From: a virus
UHGV virus genome: UHGV-0007927
Strand: one strand, 5' to 3'
Length of the DNA: 36,970 bases
Shown here: positions 31,222 through 36,970 of the stretch, piece by piece
How the letters are laid out: each line of letters starts with the position of its first letter
Position numbering within the stretch: the first letter of the stretch is position 1
Program-made: the position numbers and the translations under genes
Notes under the pieces: generated by a model
Seen by the model: the letters and a program-made list of their open reading frames with translations, nothing else
Databases searched by the model: none
What the model was told of the DNA's origin: nothing

Positions 31222-31551
31222 TTAGTCATCCATGGATGGATTGAGCTTATCTCGTGTTGATGTGGCAATTTTCCCAACATTTTTCAACCAAGATTTTAAG
31301 AAGGATATGTCGTCCTTAATATCATGAATATCCTCATTCTTTATACGATCAACCTTATCCTCTAAGCTCTCTATAGAACGCTCAATGCTAGACAGAGAGA
31401 TTTTTAAGTCCCCTTGCTCACGTTCCAGTGAGGATTTGAGAGCACAATATTCGTTTTCTAGAATTCCTATTTTTTTTGTTAGAGAGTGCATTCGATACTC
31501 ATACACCAAACCAGAAAAGACTAATGCAGCCAACAGAAACCATTCAAGCAC
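31222..31551 (-). CDS. small membrane protein: N-terminal TM helix plus acidic coiled coil (sieA-position accessory gene)
   Basis: 109 aa; GTG start 5 nt after AAGGAGG; MLEWFLLAALVFSGLVY then heptad-rich ...LKSSLEREQGDLKISLSSIERSIESLEDKVDRIKNEDIHDIKDDISFLKSWLKN...; AT-rich; 58 bp downstream of and co-oriented with the repressor-like gene. Confidence 0.55.
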   Translation of the reverse strand: MLEWFLLAALVFSGLVYEYRMHSLTKKIGILENEYCALKSSLEREQGDLKISLSSIERSIESLEDKVDRIKNEDIHDIKDDISFLKSWLKNVGKIATSTRDKLNPSMDD

Positions 31552-31611
31552 ACCAACCTCCTTAGTTTTGAACAGGATACCAGATGATAATGTGTCGCTT
31601 CCTAAAGGATA

Positions 31612-32253
31612 TCAAAGCAACGGGATTTCAAGGTAAACTGCGGTTGCCAAAATACTAACATCTTCATTTCTAACAAGAATATTAGGATACATTGGGTTTA
31701 GGGATACTAAGTTTGTCTCTATTTCACCAATGTAAACCTGCTTGAAGCTCAATATTTGCTCTTTATCCAATGATGCTATTACATAATCTTTGCTTTTAGC
31801 TTTTACTAGAGGGCTGAACGTGACAACTGATCCTCTGGGAAAGCTAATACCTGAACTTGTAGTCATAGCTTCACCTTCAATAGTCAATGCAAATGCAGAG
31901 TCACCAACATTGTATATTGCCGGATGAAATCTAGACGATGAATGTTCACCTGTGTTTAGGTAATGCATAACTTCATCTAGTTTGAGGATTGGTATTTGCT
32001 TTACCAGAACGTCAGGCATGACGTTTTTTGTTCCAGGCCCCTGACCTTCACCCAGAGCTAACCACTCAGCCGTAGTGCCTAATGCGTTGGCTAATGCCTG
32101 CAATACACGAAGCCGTGGTTTAGCCTCACCACCCTCGTATGCAGCTATTTGACGTTGAACAACACCAGCTAATTTTGACAACTGCGCCTGCGTCATACCC
32201 CTAGACTGTCTTGCCAGAGATACTCTTGATGGGAATTGATCGTCAAAATTCAT
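31612..32253 (-). CDS. repressor-like protein: N-terminal HTH (XRE type) plus C-terminal S24 LexA/CI-like domain with Ser-to-Ala at the catalytic position
   Basis: 213 aa; HTH MTQAQLSKLAGVVQRQIAAYEGGEAKP; C-domain aligns with lambda CI (AFALTIEGEAMTT vs [14 protein letters not shown]), so the nucleophile Ser is Ala; Lys retained (SFKQV vs FKKL). Confidence 0.75.
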   Translation of the reverse strand: MNFDDQFPSRVSLARQSRGMTQAQLSKLAGVVQRQIAAYEGGEAKPRLRVLQALANALGTTAEWLALGEGQGPGTKNVMPDVLVKQIPILKLDEVMHYLNTGEHSSSRFHPAIYNVGDSAFALTIEGEAMTTSSGISFPRGSVVTFSPLVKAKSKDYVIASLDKEQILSFKQVYIGEIETNLVSLNPMYPNILVRNEDVSILATAVYLEIPLL

Positions 32254-32352
32254 TAGTTCACCATAAAAAATTCATTGACTCATACTGAGTGTGAGTGAAT
32301 AATCAAACTACAAAAAGTGAGATTATGAGTTTTTCAAAAACAGGAGTGCATA

Positions 32353-32526
32353 ATGACTGAAAAGATATCTTCCATCAAGCCGCGTCAGGTTCGTTTTACA
32401 GAAAAGGTTGATTCACATATCCGCGAATCAGCAAAAAGATGCCATAGGTCAATTCAGGCAGAGATAGCTTATCGAATGGAGTTATTGATGAAACTTGAGG
32501 CAAAGGGCGATGTTGTCATCCAATAA
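32353..32526 (+). CDS. ribbon-helix-helix (Arc/Mnt-type) regulator, 57 aa, below the ORF-track cutoff
   Basis: ATG 6 nt after CAGGAG; MTEKISSIKPRQVRFTEKVDSHIRESAKRCHRSIQAEIAYRMELLMKLEAKGDVVIQ, with a beta-strand then two helices; divergent from the repressor-like gene, upstream of the antirepressor. Confidence 0.5.
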   Translation: MTEKISSIKPRQVRFTEKVDSHIRESAKRCHRSIQAEIAYRMELLMKLEAKGDVVIQ

Positions 32527-32599
32527 AAATAGTGAAGCCCGGCAGTGCGCGAACACAAACCGGGCCTCTATGTCAGTAACCGTATGCAAGGAAACTAAC

Positions 32600-33226
32600 A
32601 TGAATATTGTAGCAAAATCAGATTACAACTTCCACGGAGTTGAGTTGGTGCCCACCCGTGATATGCATGGTGTTTGGTTTACATCATCTAATATTGCATC
32701 TGCACTTAAATATGCAAATAGCCGTGCAGTAACAATGATTTATAACAAGTATAGCGATGAGTTTAGCGCCGGAATGACTCAGGTACTCGAAGTGAGTACC
32801 TCAGGAAATTATCGCAAAAAAGTGCGAGTTTTCTCACTACGCGGTGCCCACCTAATCGCGATGTTTGCTCGCACTCCGGTAGCCAAAGAGTTCCGCCGCT
32901 GGGTGCTGGATATTTTGGATCGGCAGGCAGAATGCTCACCGATTGCAAAACAGTTTACTGACGAAGAACTGGTTAATCTCTGCTACTTACAATTGTGGAT
33001 GGAGAAGAGTCAACAAATGTGCAAACACATCTACCCAGGAATGAAGCAAATTGGTTCTGAGCTTTCAGGAAGAATTTACGATATTGCATATGAGACTCGC
33101 TATATGTCAGAAGAAACCAAGAAATCACTTCTTCGTGAAATGAAGAATCTTGATACCAACAATTTTGTCGTAAAGAACGCTCAGCCAATGCTGACAAAAC
33201 TGCGCGGCGAGGAATGGATTCATTGA
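32600..33226 (+). CDS. antirepressor-like protein with BRO-N/KilA-N-type N-terminal domain
   Basis: ORF 32495..33226; the ATG at 32600 (AAGGAAA RBS) gives MNIVAKSDYNFHGVELVPTRDMHGVWFTSSNIASALKYANSRAV...KEFRRWVLDIL; the family call is by pattern only. Confidence 0.55.
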   Translation: MNIVAKSDYNFHGVELVPTRDMHGVWFTSSNIASALKYANSRAVTMIYNKYSDEFSAGMTQVLEVSTSGNYRKKVRVFSLRGAHLIAMFARTPVAKEFRRWVLDILDRQAECSPIAKQFTDEELVNLCYLQLWMEKSQQMCKHIYPGMKQIGSELSGRIYDIAYETRYMSEETKKSLLREMKNLDTNNFVVKNAQPMLTKLRGEEWIH

Positions 33227-33314
33227 TTGGTGCGCCGGACGGCGCAAAAAGAAAACCGCCAGTGTGCTGCTGGCGGCCTATGTCACACCCTTACTACCAC
33301 ATAAGGAATGCCTA

Positions 33315-34043
33315 ATGACTTTGAAGAATGTAGCAAACATCGGATCCGTTGTCACGGATAAAACCATTGACAGCCAGCGCCTTCTTGAGATGGTAAATCA
33401 GGCTCGTAGACAGTGCGGTGAGCCGGAGGTTCGTAATAACAAATTCATCGAGAAAATTGAAGATGAATTGGATGGAGAGCACTACACAAAAAGTGTAGTG
33501 CAAAAAGCGAACAAAACTTCGATGGTTATCATTGAGATGTCAATCAAGCAAGCATTGCGAGTTGCCGCTCGCGAGTCAAAAGCCGTTCGCCGCTCACTGG
33601 TAGACCAACTTGAAAGTATGCAAGAAGCGCACATTAAAAGCGGTAAATCAGCGAGTGGACTTGTTGAGTATCGTCAAGCGCGAACATTGAAAATGACGGT
33701 TGAAGCTGTTACCAATCTGTTCGATCTGATGCCAAATCTTGCGCCTGAGGCAAAGCAGACAGCGGCAGCAAGTATAATCAACCCGCTCGTTGGTTTTAAT
33801 GCAATACCTCTTCCGGCAATAGAAGAGCATTACTACTCAGCAGGGGAGGTTGCAGAGCAGCTTGGAGTAACGGCCAACAAGATTGGTCGCATTGCTAACG
33901 CAAACAACCTCAAAACTGAGCAGTACGGGAAGTTCTTCCTGGATAAATCGGCGCATTCCAGCAAACAGGTAGAGGCGTTCCGTTACAATTCTGAAGGCGT
34001 TAAAGCACTACAACACCTACTACATGGCTCAAATGTGGCGTAA
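33315..34043 (+). CDS. second antirepressor-like / phage regulatory protein (ORF6N plus KilA-C-like architecture, tentative)
   Basis: The ATG at 33315 with AAGGAA RBS gives 243 aa; C-terminal ...YYSAGEVAEQLGVTANKIGRIANANNLKTEQYGKFF... resembles antirepressor C-terminal DNA-binding modules. Confidence 0.4.
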   Translation: MTLKNVANIGSVVTDKTIDSQRLLEMVNQARRQCGEPEVRNNKFIEKIEDELDGEHYTKSVVQKANKTSMVIIEMSIKQALRVAARESKAVRRSLVDQLESMQEAHIKSGKSASGLVEYRQARTLKMTVEAVTNLFDLMPNLAPEAKQTAAASIINPLVGFNAIPLPAIEEHYYSAGEVAEQLGVTANKIGRIANANNLKTEQYGKFFLDKSAHSSKQVEAFRYNSEGVKALQHLLHGSNVA

Positions 34044-34061
34044 CATTTTATAATGAAAACT

Positions 34062-34086
34062 AAACCCGCTTAATCGCGGGTTTTTT
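34062..34086. terminator. bidirectional intrinsic terminator between the antirepressor-like gene and the Mnt-like gene
   Basis: AAACCCGC-ttaat-GCGGGTTTTTT: hairpin flanked by an A-run and a T-run, so functional on both strands; the Mnt-like stop codon lies in the loop. Confidence 0.6.
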
Positions 34087-34326
34087 CTTTCCTTAGAATT
34101 TCAGCCGCAACTTCTTTTACTCGTTCCGAGATTAATGAGGCCAGCCTCTCTTCTTCATCACGATACCCGCTTACAGGTGATGGTTTGGAGAGTGATTCTT
34201 CCATCGTAGCCACAATTTCGGAATTGATAGACCTGTTATTCATTTTTGCACGCTGCTTAATCTTAGCGTGCAACTCGTGTGTAAGCCTCAAGTGAAACTG
34301 CGCCTCGTCGTATTTGCTGTACATCA
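34070..34326 (-). CDS. mnt: Mnt-like ribbon-helix-helix repressor
   Basis: ATGATG start after AGGTGAGG; ...FHLRLTHELHAKIKQRAKMNNRSINSEIVATMEESLSKPSPVSGYRDEEERLA..., closely parallel to P22 Mnt (...NGRSMNSELLQIVQDALSKPSPVTGYRNDAERLA...) but with a different beta-strand. Confidence 0.7.
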
Positions 34327-34738
34327 TCAATGCCTCACCTAATGGGTGGAATGGCATCGTAAAACCTACTGTACAAATCAACAATCGTACCGTTTCGGTA
34401 TGTAACAAACGCCAACCGTAGCCATGCTGCGGCGATTCCTTGTATCTGGAGCAAATTAAATGACAGATATTATAAATAGGAATTTTTATTTAATAATATT
34501 TGAAAATTAAAATCATGGACGATAGGAATAAAAGTAGTACTTGTCATTTTTAAGTGACGCATTAAACGCATAAAGCATATGTCTGTTGATCAAGATTCTT
34601 ACTTGTTGTAAAATAATTGTCCTGTTCATGTTGCATGGTTTTAAAATGAATAGAAGATTATTTTTCAAAACAATTGCATCTTTGTCTGCAGTCATTCCGT
34701 TTTCTTCAATATCTAAATTTTCAAACAGGATGACTAAT

Positions 34739-36970
34739 ATGCCTGATATAACTCCAAATGTTGTAATTGGGATGCCTTCGCAACTCTTCACTATGGCTCG
34801 CTCTTTTAAAGCGGTAGCCAATGGCAAAATTTATATAGGAAAAATTGACACTGACCCGGTAAATCCTGAAAACCAAATTCAGGTTTATGTAGAGAACGAA
34901 GACGGTTCTCACGTTCCTGTTTCGCAACCAATCATCATTAACGCTGCTGGTTATCCGGTATATAACGGACAGATTGCCAAATTCGTAACCGTGCAAGGCC
35001 ATTCAATGGCTGTTTATGATGCATACGGTGCGCAGCAGTTCTATTTTCCTAATGTGCTGAAGTATGACCCTGATCAGTTTAGAACAATAATAGAGTCAAA
35101 TTATGGTGCGGGGCATGTTGGTACTTCGTCTGGACTAACAATTCAGCAGTTGATTGATTCTTTTATTGTAGTTACACCACAAATGTTTGGTGAATCTGGA
35201 AAGTCAAATGATTCAACAATAGCAATTAACTCTGCATTGGACTATCTTGAGTCTCTAGGTGGTGGGATTATTTATCTTCCTCCAGGTAAATATTACGTCA
35301 GCATTGAAAAATCAGGTCATAATTATTCATGCATTAGAGTTCCCGCTAACGTAACTTTCTGTGGGGCTGGTGCTGGATCTACCATCATTCAGAGACTACC
35401 CACTGAGAGGGGGATGGATGGTGTCTTGATAACAAATAAATATTATGATACTAGAACTGGCTATGGAGCTGCCGGCAATATTGTTTTTAGAGATTTTACA
35501 ATCACTGACGGTAGCGCAACCCCAACAAGGGATTATGGTGATTTAATCGGTTTAGGTCATAGCAAAAATGTAACTATAGAGAGAGTGGAGCAAGGGAGAC
35601 ATGATCAACATTTTGTTGATATTGCAGGATCAACCGATGTAACAGTCAAAGACTGTCACGGGTCGTGTGATATGGAGGTGGACCATATTACGTGGAATTG
35701 TGATATACAGATTGATTCCGCTCAACCAAACGCAATACTTGGAATTAAAGTTGATGGCACACCTAGCACAAATATAATTATTAGCGGAAATAAACTTCAA
35801 AACAAAAGCTCAAATTTGCAAATTGAAATAGGACATGCTGGGGGAGTATATAGAAATATTATTATTTCTGATAACATACTTGATGGGGCATATTTTCAAG
35901 ACTCATCAGTTATTGGTTGTAACTCAACAACAGCTACCATTATCAATTTGAGCATAAATAACAATCAAATACTAACAAATAATATAAATTCAAGAGGTGT
36001 TAATCTTTATTGTCTTGGGAATAACGAAAAACTTATTGGTATTTCTTTTAGTAATAATATTATAAGAGGTTATGCTAGGATTGGTGCATGGTTTGGGACT
36101 AATGGTAATTATACTGGAACGAAGTTTCCTCATGATGATGTAACAATAATAGGAAATAAATTCTTTCTAACATCGCCTTCATCTGGAACATTTGTTCAAG
36201 GTGTTGTTGTTGCTGGTTGGCGATCTGTTGTATGTAGTGATAATATAGTTGAGATATATTCTGATAATGAATTTTCTTCAGGGTGTTCGGTGATATCAGT
36301 TTGGAAAAATGGTAGTGCTAAGGTAAGTGATAACAATATCTCTAGAACATGTGGTGCAACACCTGACGTATCATCTTCAGTTATTTCGTTGATACTAATC
36401 ACCCCTGAACCTTCCAGCATTGATAAGGCGTCATCAATCCATATTAATGGAAATGCTTTCTTTGGAGATATTCCTAGATATGCAATAAATCACAAAGAAG
36501 GGTGGATTGAAGGATATGACATGATAGTTGTATCAGGCTCTCATGGTAGATTTAACCAAACATTTATAGGCACGCAAGGGGCGCATATGTATGAAACGTA
36601 CCCAATTTCTGATATGACAAATTTCAATCAACCAGTGTCAATAAATGGTCAATATAGAAGGCAGGTATACAGAGGAAATATTTACAAGTCAACGTTCAAT
36701 TTGAAGAAAAATGGAAGTGAAACAAGTGGGGCTAAGGTGGATTTTTTTATATCTAATGAACGCTCAAAAATAACAGGTTCTGAACAATTGAATGTAGCAT
36801 ATATATCTCCAACTGAGTCTGTGGGAATCACCGCTACATCAATAGATTTGTCATCAGGAACACTTAATATAATTACTGGAACAAATGGTGTATCTATGAA
36901 TTTAAATCCATCCAATAAGCAGCCTGAAATAAGAAATAGCGCGTATATAAGCGCAAGGATTTCCATTTAA
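34739..36970 (+). CDS. 9: tailspike: P22-type N-terminal head-binding domain fused to a divergent parallel beta-helix receptor-binding domain
   Basis: ORF-track start 34586 is upstream; the ATG at 34739 (AGGA RBS) gives [59 protein letters not shown]..., matching the P22 gp9 N-terminus. From about residue 120 the sequence is unrelated, AT-rich and full of N-x-I/L beta-helix-like repeats. Confidence 0.8.
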   Translation: MPDITPNVVIGMPSQLFTMARSFKAVANGKIYIGKIDTDPVNPENQIQVYVENEDGSHVPVSQPIIINAAGYPVYNGQIAKFVTVQGHSMAVYDAYGAQQFYFPNVLKYDPDQFRTIIESNYGAGHVGTSSGLTIQQLIDSFIVVTPQMFGESGKSNDSTIAINSALDYLESLGGGIIYLPPGKYYVSIEKSGHNYSCIRVPANVTFCGAGAGSTIIQRLPTERGMDGVLITNKYYDTRTGYGAAGNIVFRDFTITDGSATPTRDYGDLIGLGHSKNVTIERVEQGRHDQHFVDIAGSTDVTVKDCHGSCDMEVDHITWNCDIQIDSAQPNAILGIKVDGTPSTNIIISGNKLQNKSSNLQIEIGHAGGVYRNIIISDNILDGAYFQDSSVIGCNSTTATIINLSINNNQILTNNINSRGVNLYCLGNNEKLIGISFSNNIIRGYARIGAWFGTNGNYTGTKFPHDDVTIIGNKFFLTSPSSGTFVQGVVVAGWRSVVCSDNIVEIYSDNEFSSGCSVISVWKNGSAKVSDNNISRTCGATPDVSSSVISLILITPEPSSIDKASSIHINGNAFFGDIPRYAINHKEGWIEGYDMIVVSGSHGRFNQTFIGTQGAHMYETYPISDMTNFNQPVSINGQYRRQVYRGNIYKSTFNLKKNGSETSGAKVDFFISNERSKITGSEQLNVAYISPTESVGITATSIDLSSGTLNIITGTNGVSMNLNPSNKQPEIRNSAYISARISI

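Noticed and set aside
32530-32560. Hairpin GCCCGG...CCGGGC between the RHH gene and the antirepressor, as a possible terminator
   Set aside because: Long 17-nt loop and no downstream T-run; at most an attenuator, so not called.
34586-34738. N-terminal extension of the tailspike ORF ([14 protein letters not shown]...)
   Set aside because: AT-rich upstream sequence read in frame; the P22-type tailspike N-terminus starts at the ATG at 34739, which has an RBS.

Overview
The window is a near-contiguous ~37 kb stretch of a mosaic lambdoid temperate phage or prophage, running from the early-left operon to the tailspike. Left arm (minus strand): ea-region genes, an Erf/SSB-type recombination module, a cIII-like gene and an N-like antiterminator transcribed from a lambda-type PL/OL. 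Centre: lambda-type immunity (cI, OR/PR/PRM, cro), a cII-like gene, an O-like initiator with internal origin-like repeats, a DnaB-type helicase, a lambda-like nin region (ninB/D/E/F/G/H/I), Q, PR' and the holin/endolysin/Rz/Rz1 lysis cassette. Right arm (plus strand): P22/Sf6-like headful packaging and virion genes (small and large terminase, portal, scaffold, coat, gp4, gp10, needle gp26, gp14, three ejection proteins), then an immI-like regulatory island (S24-type repressor, ribbon-helix-helix protein, two antirepressor-like genes, Mnt-like) and a chimeric tailspike. No tRNA, rRNA, CRISPR array, integrase or attachment site was seen. Several AT-rich accessory cassettes sit at classic lysogen-expressed hotspots. 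The strongest candidate for an undescribed system is a two-gene cassette in the rexA/rexB position between cI and OL/PL. All family assignments come from reading the translated ORFs and from remembered reference sequences; no database search or computation was run, and GC statements are by eye. The ORF track evidently accepts GTG/TTG starts, so several starts were re-placed at the ATG with the best Shine-Dalgarno sequence.
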